IMG/VR virus record: IMGVR_UViG_3300022660_000043 | DNA length: 64,000 bases | Source of the DNA: a virus | Lineage: Duplodnaviria; Caudoviricetes | Reading direction: 5' to 3' (one strand) | Shown here: positions 28,271 through 39,081 of the stretch, one piece after another | Layout: every line of letters begins with the position of its first letter | Numbering within the stretch: position 1 is the first letter of the stretch | Notes under the pieces: model-generated | The model's input: only the letters and a program-made list of their open reading frames with translations | What the model was told of the DNA's origin: nothing | Database searches by the model: none | Made by a program: the position numbers and the translations under genes

Positions 28271-30244
28271 TTAGGCGTTAACCAGAGTAGAAAGCTTCTC
28301 TACATCGAAGGAACGAATTACGATCTGCTCTCTGGTAGAACCGTCTTCTGCCTCAGGAAGATTCTTAACCTTAGAAACATAGTCATTTGCAAAGACAATA
28401 TCTGCCTCCTCAGGAGTCTCAACTAGTTCACCACGCCAAGAAGCGATCAAGCCCATGTTAAGCTCAAGCTTAGAAGCATCGAGATACTGAGCCATTACCT
28501 GAAGCTCACGACCGGTAACAACTCGAGAGTCATCATCAGTCATAAGATTAAGGACAATAATCTCATTAGTCTCAAAGTCGATTGCAAAGCCAACGTAAGC
28601 GCGCTTTTCACCCTTGACGTGCATCTTAAGCTCGATATTCTTAGGATCCCAAGCACGAGTCATAAGATCAGTCTTCTGCTGATAGCCACAGTAAATCTCA
28701 CCCTCATTGAGAGTAGAACGGAAACCATGGAAAGTAAAGATCAGCTTGCTTGCACCAAGATGGCGCATTGCACCAAGACGAATATCATAGTACTCAGTAC
28801 CGTCACGCGAGGTGTTATCACCAGAGAACAGCAGAGCATTGCCAAAACGCTTGTTGCTATAGTTACACCAGTTAACAGTAGTCATGATATTGTTATCCTT
28901 ATCGAGAACGATAACAGAAGAGTCAATATCAAACGCATTCTCCCAATGTACGAAAGTACGGATATTATCGGCAGTAATAGGCAGACGAGTACCAGTAGGA
29001 ACAATGTCAATGCCACGACCGCTTGCAGAAGTGTTTACAGGCATAGCAACCTTATAGAAGTCAGGATGTACGTAAACCTTACCCAGAGACTCAAGGGCAC
29101 GGTAGTGACCTTCGATCTTTGCAAGGCAAGTATCATGTACAAGCTTCTTGGTAGCATCGTTGAGGCGAGACTTACGCCAACGAGCCTCATACTCAGTCTC
29201 AACGTGTGCCTTTACACGATTCTTTGCATAGAAGGAGAAAGTACGAGCCTCCTCCGAGTCTGCCATAACGGTAGACATAAGCTGATAAAGAACAATAGGA
29301 TTCTTATCAGAAAGCATATCAAGAATCTTTACTGCCTCTACAGGGTTTGCACGAGAAAGCAGGAACTTAAGGTTACGCTCAAGCAGAGAACCACTCTTAG
29401 CAAATACTTCAGCGGCTCCAAGAATGTCACCATTCTTGAGCTTCTCAGTAGCAATACGATTAGGGGACTGAGCGTTAGTAGTAGGCTTTATATTACGCAC
29501 CTTAGTAAGCTGAACAAGCTTGTTGTAGAACTTTGCCTGCTTCTTAGACATAGGACAATCCTTAACAAGAAGAATAGCCTTACGAATAAGCTCCTTGGTG
29601 TCAGGATCAAGAGTAAGCTCCTTCTTCTCACCGCAGCGAGCAATAGAAAGCTTTACAAGATCCTTCTTATACAGGAAGCGAGCAAAATTGATATCGCGCT
29701 CCATCATAAACACAGCGTTATCACCACAAGCTACATCGTAGTTGTTGTAGTAACCAAGGTTATAGAGCTCTACGAACTCTACCTGCTCATCAAGGCCCCA
29801 AGGACGCTTATAGCCACAGTAGTCCTTAGCGATATCACAGAGAACTACATTTGCCTCATCTACATCGAGGATCTTAAACTCACGAAGCTTGATATCGGAA
29901 CCAACCTCATACTCAGGGAGCTGCTTATCGAATACCTTTACGTGAGAATCATCTGCGCCGTAAGCGAAGAAATAAGACAGAACCTGCTCAATAAAGAGCT
30001 CATCACGAGTGTAATAGCTCATATCCTGAGGATTCTTAAAATAAGACGCAGGAACCTCAAGACGATATTCGTCAGAAATAGCCTTAACGTGGCCCTTGGT
30101 GAGCAGCTCAGGCTTATCCACAACAATACCAAAGTTTGCAAACAAGAAAGCATTAAGGTAGGCCTGCTCCACCTTAGTACCAGCCTCAACAGGCTCTGCC
30201 TGCAGATAACGACGAGAAATGAGAATCTTAGAAATATTCTTAAT
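28271..30244 (-). CDS. Large helical protein with C-terminal TerD-like domain (candidate TROVE/Ro-like RNP subunit); probable AUU start
   Basis: IRTFVHW..DIDSS...FSGD...TEYYDI TerD-like motifs; strongly biased codons; GGAGG 5 nt before in-frame ATT. Confidence 0.75.
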   Translation of the reverse strand: MKNISKILISRRYLQAEPVEAGTKVEQAYLNAFLFANFGIVVDKPELLTKGHVKAISDEYRLEVPASYFKNPQDMSYYTRDELFIEQVLSYFFAYGADDSHVKVFDKQLPEYEVGSDIKLREFKILDVDEANVVLCDIAKDYCGYKRPWGLDEQVEFVELYNLGYYNNYDVACGDNAVFMMERDINFARFLYKKDLVKLSIARCGEKKELTLDPDTKELIRKAILLVKDCPMSKKQAKFYNKLVQLTKVRNIKPTTNAQSPNRIATEKLKNGDILGAAEVFAKSGSLLERNLKFLLSRANPVEAVKILDMLSDKNPIVLYQLMSTVMADSEEARTFSFYAKNRVKAHVETEYEARWRKSRLNDATKKLVHDTCLAKIEGHYRALESLGKVYVHPDFYKVAMPVNTSASGRGIDIVPTGTRLPITADNIRTFVHWENAFDIDSSVIVLDKDNNIMTTVNWCNYSNKRFGNALLFSGDNTSRDGTEYYDIRLGAMRHLGASKLIFTFHGFRSTLNEGEIYCGYQQKTDLMTRAWDPKNIELKMHVKGEKRAYVGFAIDFETNEIIVLNLMTDDDSRVVTGRELQVMAQYLDASKLELNMGLIASWRGELVETPEEADIVFANDYVSKVKNLPEAEDGSTREQIVIRSFDVEKLSTLVNA

Positions 30245-30326
30245 ACCTACCTCCAAAAAAAATTAAAGTGATTTATTTTTAGATACCTACCCCTACCAAA
30301 ATAAACCACTTGATTGTTTTTATTTT

Positions 30327-30383
30327 GGCCTAACTATAAATAAAATTTTTGCAGAATTTTGTTAAGAAATAAGTATAGGCTCT
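30327..30383 (-). ncRNA. Family A short RNA in the leader of the TerD-domain gene
   Basis: AGAGCCUAUACUUAUUUCUU...AGUUAGGCC. Confidence 0.8.
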
Positions 30384-30457
30384 AAGTTATTACATTATAT
30401 AATACAACATTAATTTTATTTTTTTAACGTTATAATGTTAATTTATAAAAATATTTT

Positions 30458-30637
30458 TTAATCTACAAGCTCACAGACAATATCCATATCTTCCGGATCA
30501 ATAGCATCCTTAGACATACTTGCTTTCATAACCGCTTTCATAATAACAAGTAATTCCTGGTCTGTCTCACAGCCGAACTGCTCCTTAAGGCAGTCACAAA
30601 TCTCTTCGCCATAAGTAAGAGTCATTTTAAGTTTCAT
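30458..30637 (-). CDS. Small hypothetical protein
   Basis: MKLKMTL... after AAGGAG. Confidence 0.6.
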   Translation of the reverse strand: MKLKMTLTYGEEICDCLKEQFGCETDQELLVIMKAVMKASMSKDAIDPEDMDIVCELVD

Positions 30638-30647
30638 ATTTTTCTCC

Positions 30648-31589
30648 TTAATGTGCATTTACATCTGCTTCATGAATAGTATCAATATACCACTTCCAAT
30701 GAGAATCAAGCTTCTGATAATAACCTGAATTAAAGAAAGGCTCCATGTGCGTTGAGATAATCCAGCTTATAAGACAAATATCAGACATCTCTACATCACG
30801 TATCAAATGGTCAGGATCTAAGAACAAACCATATGCTAAGTAGCCACCGACACAGTGATGATCATAATAATGCGCAACATCTTCACCAGGCTTAAAGAAT
30901 TTAGTATAAGGCTTTCCAATATCATGCCAATAAGCTGCCTTAGCAAGCTTGTTATAAGCTGAATACTCTATTATATCAGTAGTAGCTGCGCCCTTATCAA
31001 TAATATTAACATGAGCCTGCATACAATGTTCCCAAATGCCTAACGTATGATGTGGATTGTCATGGGAGATATGTAGGTCTGAAGCTTTAGAAGCAACATA
31101 CTTAACCTGATCAAAGTCGTACTGATTTAGATGAACTTCAATCTTATCAAAGCCTTCATCAAGCCAAGGGCTTTGCCAGCGACGAAGCATCTTATCAATT
31201 ACGGCAGGACCTACCTTACGATCTCTAAAGCTGTCACGACGAATACACTCTTCAGGCTCTGCCCACACTATATGGCACTCTACAGTATCATGAGTGGGAT
31301 GAGCACATGCTATAGCTGACTTACGTGCCTTTCTGGTAACGTTAGTAGCATCATAAATGACAGTCTTATCTGCTCTAAGGTCTTCAATAGTGCGCTGTCT
31401 CATGAGCTCAAAAACTCTGCCATTATCTTCCTGAGAACCTGCATCCCCAAAAAGCTCTTCTCTGATAGCATCAGACGAATGAATTACAGTAACGCCAGTG
31501 CAGATAGCATCATCAACAGCCTTAAACTGCTCCGCATAATAACTCTTACCACTTCCAGGTAAGCCGACTAAAACAATCAATCTTCCCAC
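30648..31589 (-). CDS. Polynucleotide kinase (AAA_33) - HD phosphohydrolase fusion
   Basis: GLPGSGKS P-loop, SSDAIR, YDATN; HH..WEH, HDIGK, H..HM..D HD motifs. Confidence 0.88.
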   Translation of the reverse strand: MGRLIVLVGLPGSGKSYYAEQFKAVDDAICTGVTVIHSSDAIREELFGDAGSQEDNGRVFELMRQRTIEDLRADKTVIYDATNVTRKARKSAIACAHPTHDTVECHIVWAEPEECIRRDSFRDRKVGPAVIDKMLRRWQSPWLDEGFDKIEVHLNQYDFDQVKYVASKASDLHISHDNPHHTLGIWEHCMQAHVNIIDKGAATTDIIEYSAYNKLAKAAYWHDIGKPYTKFFKPGEDVAHYYDHHCVGGYLAYGLFLDPDHLIRDVEMSDICLISWIISTHMEPFFNSGYYQKLDSHWKWYIDTIHEADVNAH

Positions 31590-31600
31590 TTTAATCCTCC

Positions 31601-32173
31601 TTAGATTCCATATACCTTTGGCGTCCTTGCATCAAGCTCTGCTGGATCACTATCTTCATATACGTATTCGTTATACCAGCCTGCAAAAATATTAGGACAC
31701 CATCTAAGCTCGACCACACAATTTTCATTCTGCGCGATATCACGAGCCTCTACATACTCTGCATAATTAGGTGCCCCAACAACATAAAACGTTTTAATTG
31801 GCTTCAGCATTTTTTTCTCCTCCTGTGCTGCTTTATACATCAAGTTAAGATAAATCTCAGGCTTTACCACTGGAGTATCCCAGTTAAGCATTTCCCATTG
31901 TCTTCTTATATTAGGTGATTGAATAGCCATAAATCTTGTCTCAGGAATTCTAACCTCAAGTACTCGACACTCCTGATCCCACCACTCCGATTTACGTGGG
32001 TCTCCGTCAATACGTTTTGAGATAGGTGTATAATCTTCAAGAATTTTTACAAGAATAGTCTTTTCTATAAATTCTTTATACTGCTTTATAAGATCATGCT
32101 GATATTTACATAGTTCCCAAAGACCCTCGTTAACATCATAAGGAACTTTAAAATTCTTGAGCTTATCCTTCAT
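31601..32173 (-). CDS. Hypothetical protein
   Basis: 190-aa coupled ORF. Confidence 0.75.
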   Translation of the reverse strand: MKDKLKNFKVPYDVNEGLWELCKYQHDLIKQYKEFIEKTILVKILEDYTPISKRIDGDPRKSEWWDQECRVLEVRIPETRFMAIQSPNIRRQWEMLNWDTPVVKPEIYLNLMYKAAQEEKKMLKPIKTFYVVGAPNYAEYVEARDIAQNENCVVELRWCPNIFAGWYNEYVYEDSDPAELDARTPKVYGI

Positions 32174-32691
32174 CAGTCATACCACTCCCAAATATGTTTT
32201 CCAATTACGTTGTACATACCTTCAGTATATTTCTTTTCAAAATAACTCCAAGCGATACCATACATAAGCTTAGGCTTTGCCTCAATACCCGTTTTCTTTT
32301 CCCATTTTTCTACGTACTTCTTAAAGCCAGGATCCTTGTCTGCAATAGCAAGCAATTCCTCTTCTTCGAGATCTTCATATGTATCAAGATCATGAGCAAA
32401 GTCTAAAGCTTTTTTAGTCTGCGCAGCAACACGCTTTACACGCTGCTCCTCACTCCAGCAACAATCACCCGCTTCATAAGTCTTATTATAGAACTCTAGC
32501 ATAGTGGTCATCATCTTATGCATATACCAGCCAGACCAAGGGCAAAATTCCTTAGCCTGTTTGATCATCTCCTTACGGAAGGCTTCTTGACGTATCATAT
32601 AACGCTTCCACTGCTTATAATACTGCCTATCAGTAAAGAAAAGCTTAAAACCGTTGAAAAATATTTTAATTTGTCTGAACATGCTTTTCAT
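32173..32691 (-). CDS. Hypothetical protein
   Basis: Start reassigned to MKSMFRQ after AAGGAG. Confidence 0.7.
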   Translation of the reverse strand: MKSMFRQIKIFFNGFKLFFTDRQYYKQWKRYMIRQEAFRKEMIKQAKEFCPWSGWYMHKMMTTMLEFYNKTYEAGDCCWSEEQRVKRVAAQTKKALDFAHDLDTYEDLEEEELLAIADKDPGFKKYVEKWEKKTGIEAKPKLMYGIAWSYFEKKYTEGMYNVIGKHIWEWYD

Positions 32692-35097
32692 ACTCCTTAA
32701 TAATTTTTTGCTTCTCGCTCTCAAGTACCTCTTTGAGAGTATAACGCTCATTATTGTATAATACAGTAAAATTACGCATAATATAGTCTTCAATTGGCTC
32801 TAAATCAGGAATATTTCCGTGTACAGCAGACACTATAAAATATTGAGGTTGTTCCGTTTCAAAAACCTGATTTTTAATTATATTTCCAACATTCACCAAT
32901 GCTCACCTTGCTTTCTATAAGCGTCTTGAATCACAAACTCGGCCTGCTGAGCAGCAATAATATAACTATCGTATACCTCATCCCAATATATTTGGTTACC
33001 TATAGTTACAATAACTCTCCAGTCTTTATCTTGCGGTCTAATTTCTACAGAATAGTCAAACATGTTAGTCTCGAGGTCCTGGAGTATTTTTAATCTGCTC
33101 AGCCATAGTCAAAGAATGCTTATAACCGGCGATACATTCTTTCTGAAGCTCAATAAACTCCTCTATGGTACCAAGCTCAGGAGTACAGCCTTCAGAATAC
33201 TGTTCCTCCCAAGGAAGCCATACCCAGCCCTCAGTGAAAGTATTCCACTTCTGATAGGAGCCATCCTTAAACCAGGGTCGATAACCAAGGAAATGCCAGC
33301 TCCACTCACAAATTTCTGAAATCTCTTCTTTCTTAATATAAAAGAAATTGTGCCCATGGCCTTCACCATCTTCACAAACTCTATGTCTAGCAGAATTGCT
33401 ATATTTGTCTAACAAATATTCATATCTTAGACATTCAGCCTCACTGAGAAATTTCTTTTTATTCTTAGCAATAAAATAAACTTCCGCAGGAATTTCTACT
33501 CTTTCCATTATTGATCTCCCCAAACATCAGTATAATTACAATTATTTGTACTTACAGTTGTGTTCCAACTAGTATCATAAATATTTTTTGCGTGGTTAAA
33601 ACCATCTGCGTAGGTCTTTTCCAACAGTTCTCTTAACTGCTTAGGTGTAAAAGTATAACAAGTTTCGCCTTGAGGCAAACAAGGAATCCAAGGTCCTACT
33701 TGTGTAATATATCCACTAGTATCCACGTGTAATTCTCTCCAAATTTATTAGTTCTCCTGCCATAGCGGCAAGGAATAGCTTAGATCTCTGATCTACAGGT
33801 AGCTTTTGCCATGCAGCATACTTAGCACATTTAGCTCTGGATACAATATCTAGAGCACCACCACAGGAAGTACTTGAGCACTTAGCACAACAAGCTGAAA
33901 TAAACATCTGCAACGCAGGGTCAATACTCATTTAACATATCCTTCTTTTCTCAGCAGTGTACAAAAAGTATGATGCTCACAAGTCGTACAGCCACAATAC
34001 TTTTCACCACGCTTATTAATGGAGCACATGAGTGCTTTTTCATATTGCCAATAAGGCTCAGAGCAATAGCCATCTCTTTCTAGACAGCGCGCAAGGTCCT
34101 GTTCATCTACGTGCTCTCTGGCTTCAGACATGCCACCAAGACTCCAGTTTAAATAATTATCAAGATAAGTACTAAGTTTTTCTTCAGTCATTGTCAAATT
34201 TACTCCTATCGTATTCATCAATTTTACGCCCACATTCAGGACAATACTTTGGAAAATATCCAGCAACTGCTAACCACTGCGGAGGATGTAAATCACTTCG
34301 CCAATGGCTAAACTCCAGTACTAACGGGCGATGCGGATCCTTAACAAACATCACTCGAAACCCAGGATCTGATATACCTGTAGTCATTGCATAAGAACAT
34401 TGCTCTTCGTCAAGCTCCCATTCAGGATTTGTTCTGTTATTAGCACAAAATTTACAGCTCATAAATCCTCCTTAAAACGTCCACCATTTACGATGATAGC
34501 CACAGCAAATATAAACTACCTCACCATTTTCCCACTTGGGAGTAAGGCTCTTCTGAAACTTTACCTTAAAGTCTCTAATAAGATACTCTCGAATCCGCTT
34601 AGCATCTGTTTCATCCCACCAAGGATGATCTGCCATTACATGGTTTACAAAATTTTCCCAATTCTGCTTAACCATCTCACAAAGCTCTGCTGCAAGCTCT
34701 GGAGTGTACTTTTCGGTCATATAAAACAGATCTCTAAATCTGTCTGCTCGCAGAAATAGTTCAATCTTCTTATCTTGAGTAAGCGTATCATTCTCAGGCT
34801 TACAGACTTTCAACAAATAAGCAGAGCCTTCAGGGTCATTAGCAAACTGTTCAAGCTCTTGAGTAAAATCATTATCTCCAACAGTAATTCTTAAAATCAT
34901 CTTCCACTATAACTCCTATTATAATGAGTTTCTCCGTTAATAACTACCTTTGTAGCATCTACTTCAATATCGATAATACCACAATCTAAGGGTAAATCAA
35001 GAAACTTAAGTAAGTCTTCAAAATCTTCTTCACATTTAAACTTGGACTTATAAAGCCTAATAAAAGACGTGCCAGGTCTGTAATCATAAATGTTCAT
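32666..35097 (-). other. Run of about 9 small coupled hypothetical phage genes (32666-32899, 32893-33063, 33065-33508, 33508-33726, 33716-33931, 33928-34191, 34184-34462, 34472-34900, 34897-35097)
   Basis: Tiled minus-strand ORFs with overlapping stop/start codons; several Cys-rich. Confidence 0.7.
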
Positions 35098-35117
35098 ACC
35101 AAATACCTCTCTTTTTA

Positions 35118-35837
35118 TTATACAGCCTTCTCTGCTTCCTTTTTAGCCAAATAATCACAAAACTCTTGACAACGTTCCTTGCTATGAAATACACTATACC
35201 ATTCATTAAGGTCTTTGAAAGGTAGGTTATCTACTGTCCGATGAGTTCCAACATCAGAAAAATCAGAAATCTGAAACTCGCACTCATTAGTAATGCTATC
35301 ACAACGAGTAGTATACCAATAATAAACTGGCTTATCAAAAGTAGAATCTCTAAATTGATTTACAATAGGAAATTTAGGATGTACCTTAAATCTAGTCAGT
35401 AATGCAGGTACAGGCTCGAAGACCGTTGTATACTTATCGCACTCACAAGGTTCAGTAAGTTCTTTGCCACGAGGTGACTTAAAATGAACTTTGCGCTCAT
35501 CATCACATTTATCACACTTAGGAACATAAACCTTACGACGTCCTACTTTCCAAGCTTCAACAACACATTCACCAAATAGCTCTTCAAGAGTAAGTCTTTT
35601 AGCATTATCTTCAGCTGCTTCAATACGACGTTCACAGTCTCGCCGTACGGTATCAAGCTCTGCCCGCATACGATCACGCTCATATTTATAAGGTCGAAGC
35701 TCTTCATTTTCCTTTCTAAGCTTCTCAAGCTCATCAAGAAATTCTTGCTTTACAGTACCAAGTAAAACTTTCTTGATCTCTTCATATACTAGATCACCTG
35801 TACTTGGCTCATCATAATCAAAAAAATTGTCGTACAT
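35118..35837 (-). CDS. Coiled-coil + zinc-finger hypothetical protein
   Basis: 239 aa, CDKC...CEC. Confidence 0.75.
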   Translation of the reverse strand: MYDNFFDYDEPSTGDLVYEEIKKVLLGTVKQEFLDELEKLRKENEELRPYKYERDRMRAELDTVRRDCERRIEAAEDNAKRLTLEELFGECVVEAWKVGRRKVYVPKCDKCDDERKVHFKSPRGKELTEPCECDKYTTVFEPVPALLTRFKVHPKFPIVNQFRDSTFDKPVYYWYTTRCDSITNECEFQISDFSDVGTHRTVDNLPFKDLNEWYSVFHSKERCQEFCDYLAKKEAEKAV

Positions 35838-35849
35838 GAAATCCTCCTA

Positions 35850-36786
35850 TTATTTATAACATGAATTAAATTCTTCCATAAACTTATCATAGTCTGCCGG
35901 GGTTCTAGGTCTAAGATCTACTTCTTCATTTGCAATGTCTTCTTTGGCTAATTTATCAAGAACCCAGAATAAATGAGATACGAGAGTGTGGGCTGGTTCT
36001 CTACGATCTGTGTACCTTGAAGCACTATAGTAAGTCTTAACTTTTGTCACAAAGCGATCAATTACTTCCTGATCCGTCATTATCTTCCTCCCACCATACA
36101 TGAATAATTTCATCTTCTGAATTACAGTTTCTCCAGCGGTGTCTGTAGCCAGCTTTCTGAAGTTCCTGCGTAATAATCTCGCGATCTTTGACCGTAAGGT
36201 AGAAGTCACCAGTGCATACAATAACATCCCCTCGACCATGTTCTGCGGCATAATCAATTTCTTTCTGAATCTTAATCGCAACCTTTTCTGTATTTGGCTT
36301 AGGTCGACGTGCCTCTCTCATAGCACTCTTGATAATAGCATAATTAGTAAACAAATTAGTCATTTACTTTTTCCTCCCCAAAAGAATTATACATCTTACC
36401 GTCCCACCAAAAACCTTGATAAGACAAGCTATAAAATTCAGTCCATTTATGTCCTTGCTCACACATCATATTGGCATGTACCCCAATACCAATACCAGCC
36501 TTTGCAAACTGACATTCTTTATAAACACCACCACATTTCGGGCATGTTCTACCAAAAAGCTTTTCTTCCATATTTAATCCTCAAAGGTAACACATTTAAG
36601 CTCATATCTACGCTGTCTATGCTCATCAACGTATACAAACTCATTTTCCCAATGCCCTGTCCCACGAAGTCTCATAACCAAGGCATCCTGAGCCTTTTGC
36701 AGAGAAGAATAGCCGTCAGAACTTACTACCGACGGCTGAGCAAAAGTATAAGTATGAACTAAACAAATCCAAATATCTTTCTTCAT
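35850..36786 (-). other. Four small hypothetical genes (35850-36080, 36058-36363, 36356-36571, 36574-36786)
   Basis: Tiled ORFs with SDs. Confidence 0.65.
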
Positions 36787-36804
36787 ATAAATACCTCTAA
36801 AAAT

Positions 36805-36881
36805 TGGTGCCGACCGCAGGATTCGAACCTGGCTACCTCGCGATTATAAGTCGCGTGCACAGCCATATGTGCTTGACCGGC
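36805..36881 (-). tRNA. trnI: tRNA-Ile(UAU), second copy
   Basis: CGCGA-CTTATAA-TCGCG, CCA. Confidence 0.85.
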
Positions 36882-36907
36882 ATAAGGCCCGGTGGGGCCT
36901 AAGTAAA

Positions 36908-37279
36908 TCAGTTAATGCCTGTGAACATTGCCTCAAGCTCTGCTTCCATGTCCTTGGCTTCACAAACACGATCAAGAGCTGCGATCTCTGCACGCTCCAT
37001 TGCCTTCTGCGCACGACGTCTCTCGATCTCAATCCACTCAAGATGCTGCTTACACATCTTAGCATAAGCTACCATACTTGCATGGCGCTTCATAGCAATC
37101 TTAATATCAAGACGCTTAAGAGCCACGTCGGTACCAAACTTAAGATCAAAGTTATCATTAGGGTCACACTTAGCAAAAGCGCTTACAGGCTTACCTGCAT
37201 ACATAGTAGTTGCCTTAACGATATGTGCGCCGGTCTTCTTGTCTACGTAATCGAAAACCTTAGTCTCATAATTTCTCAT
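36908..37279 (-). CDS. Hypothetical phage protein
   Basis: 123 aa, strong SD, high-expression-like codon bias. Confidence 0.8.
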   Translation of the reverse strand: MRNYETKVFDYVDKKTGAHIVKATTMYAGKPVSAFAKCDPNDNFDLKFGTDVALKRLDIKIAMKRHASMVAYAKMCKQHLEWIEIERRRAQKAMERAEIAALDRVCEAKDMEAELEAMFTGIN

Positions 37280-37340
37280 TTTATAATCTCCTTTTTAACG
37301 AGTCAAATTTATTTACATTATATAATACAATATACACTAC

Positions 37341-38318
37341 TTAATTTTTAGAGCTATTTTTAAAAACTTTAGTAATGTTGTCAGCTGTAAAATCTTCTTT
37401 GTTCAGAATACGAACAGGTCGACCATATTGATAGGTGCCAGGCAAAGGAATTCCAGGAATTTGAGAGCCATTTACGATACACTCAAATTTCTCTACACCT
37501 TTCTCATCAATATAAGGCATACAACCATCCATAGTAATAGCCTTCCAATAAATACCCTGCATATCCTCACAGAAATGATGCGGATTACCATGAATAGCTC
37601 TTGTTTTGACTAGAATATGATAGCCACCTGAGGTATCAATAATTAAGTAATTACCCAAACCAAATCTTTGGTTAAGGCTGTCAAGCATCTGACTATAATA
37701 GCCTTGGTACCCACAGGCATGATCCTTAAACCACGGCGGAACATCGAGATCAAAGTCAAGCCAATAAACTGAACCCTTACAATGAGCTCTTGCATGCTTT
37801 ACATTGCTTTCAATATTGCTGAAATTTTGATATGACTGCAAATTAGCGTCAAGTGTCTTACCGTTCAACATTGCTTTAACGATAGCTGTCTTAGTATCAT
37901 TAAGCTTCTGCATTACTTCATCAGCTACTTTAAGTTCATCACAAGGATTTACATAAAAGATAGTAGCAATACATTTCTCAGGAAGTGGATAGCCACCAGA
38001 AGTAAGATAAGCTCCCTTATCTACATTAAATCTCTTAAGCTTCTTTACGAAATTAGTCATGTTCCAGCCATCATCTTCGGCAAGATCGGCTGCATCATGA
38101 AACTTTCTAACTCGAAAAGTCTGAGTAGCTAAAAACTCTGCATCCTTTTTTGCAATACCTACCTCAGCTCTTTCCTCTGCAGTAAGCTTCTTAAATCTCG
38201 CTACAAAAACTGCAGCATAAGACTCATTTACTTGTGGCTTCTGAATAACGTGCTCAAAAAACCACTTGAGTTCATCTTCATCTGCAATAACTTCAAAACG
38301 ATCTAAATCTCTGATCAT
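37341..38318 (-). CDS. Possible AEP/PrimPol-like nucleotidyltransferase
   Basis: WLDFDLD (DxD) and DTSGGYH motifs. Confidence 0.5.
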   Translation of the reverse strand: MIRDLDRFEVIADEDELKWFFEHVIQKPQVNESYAAVFVARFKKLTAEERAEVGIAKKDAEFLATQTFRVRKFHDAADLAEDDGWNMTNFVKKLKRFNVDKGAYLTSGGYPLPEKCIATIFYVNPCDELKVADEVMQKLNDTKTAIVKAMLNGKTLDANLQSYQNFSNIESNVKHARAHCKGSVYWLDFDLDVPPWFKDHACGYQGYYSQMLDSLNQRFGLGNYLIIDTSGGYHILVKTRAIHGNPHHFCEDMQGIYWKAITMDGCMPYIDEKGVEKFECIVNGSQIPGIPLPGTYQYGRPVRILNKEDFTADNITKVFKNSSKN

Positions 38319-39019
38319 CGTATATCCTCCAAAAGCTCCCAGTCCATAAATAAGAAGTGCATCTTATCATGGTGTTTGTTTGTATGCCAATGTCCACAGA
38401 ACCAAGCCTTATAATCAAGTTTATCTTCAATCTCATCAAGCCAACGCTCTGTGCTATCGTCTACCTTAGACTGGTCAATACCAGAAATGAACTCCTCAAC
38501 AGGCTCATACTTAAACGGACAAGTATGCGAGAATACCGCATCTACCTTATAATTTATACTATCAAGTTTTTCGGCGACATTTGCTTTAATAGCCTCAGAA
38601 GGCTGTTCACTCTCAAACCAAGCATAACCACTTGCCAAACGATAATATTTATCTACACTATAGGCACCACCAAGAACGAGGCACTGTTTGCCGGCAAGAG
38701 TATAAACTTGGCCATCAATCGCAAACAGAAGCTTTGGATACTGTGGCTGTCTATATACTAGACCACCACCCCAAAGCATAATCTCGTACCCAGCTACATT
38801 CTGAGGTCGTTCCTCGTGATTACCATGAATACAAAGAATAGTAGCTTCAATATATTTATCCAAAGCTTCTTTTAGCCGATCATCTTTTTTATTAAGATAA
38901 TAATTTGCACCGACATCTCCGAGAAGCACAATAATATCATCTTTAGTTACACCAAGTTGCTGGGCTCTATAAATCAAGAACTCAGGATTTCCATGAATAT
39001 CTCCAGTAATATATACCAT
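38315..39019 (-). CDS. Calcineurin-like metallophosphoesterase
   Basis: GDIHG, LGD, GNHE, SHTCP, GHWH. Confidence 0.92.
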   Translation of the reverse strand: MVYITGDIHGNPEFLIYRAQQLGVTKDDIIVLLGDVGANYYLNKKDDRLKEALDKYIEATILCIHGNHEERPQNVAGYEIMLWGGGLVYRQPQYPKLLFAIDGQVYTLAGKQCLVLGGAYSVDKYYRLASGYAWFESEQPSEAIKANVAEKLDSINYKVDAVFSHTCPFKYEPVEEFISGIDQSKVDDSTERWLDEIEDKLDYKAWFCGHWHTNKHHDKMHFLFMDWELLEDIR

Positions 39020-39081
39020 AATAAACCTCCGATACAGTTCTAATATATTATACAACAGGCAAAAAAGAAAAGTTGCGTATT

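Noticed and set aside
28619-30271. 550-aa plus-strand ORF (likewise 42696-43742 and 42336-42668)
   Set aside because: Antisense shadows of strongly codon-biased genes; no SD or recognisable motifs.
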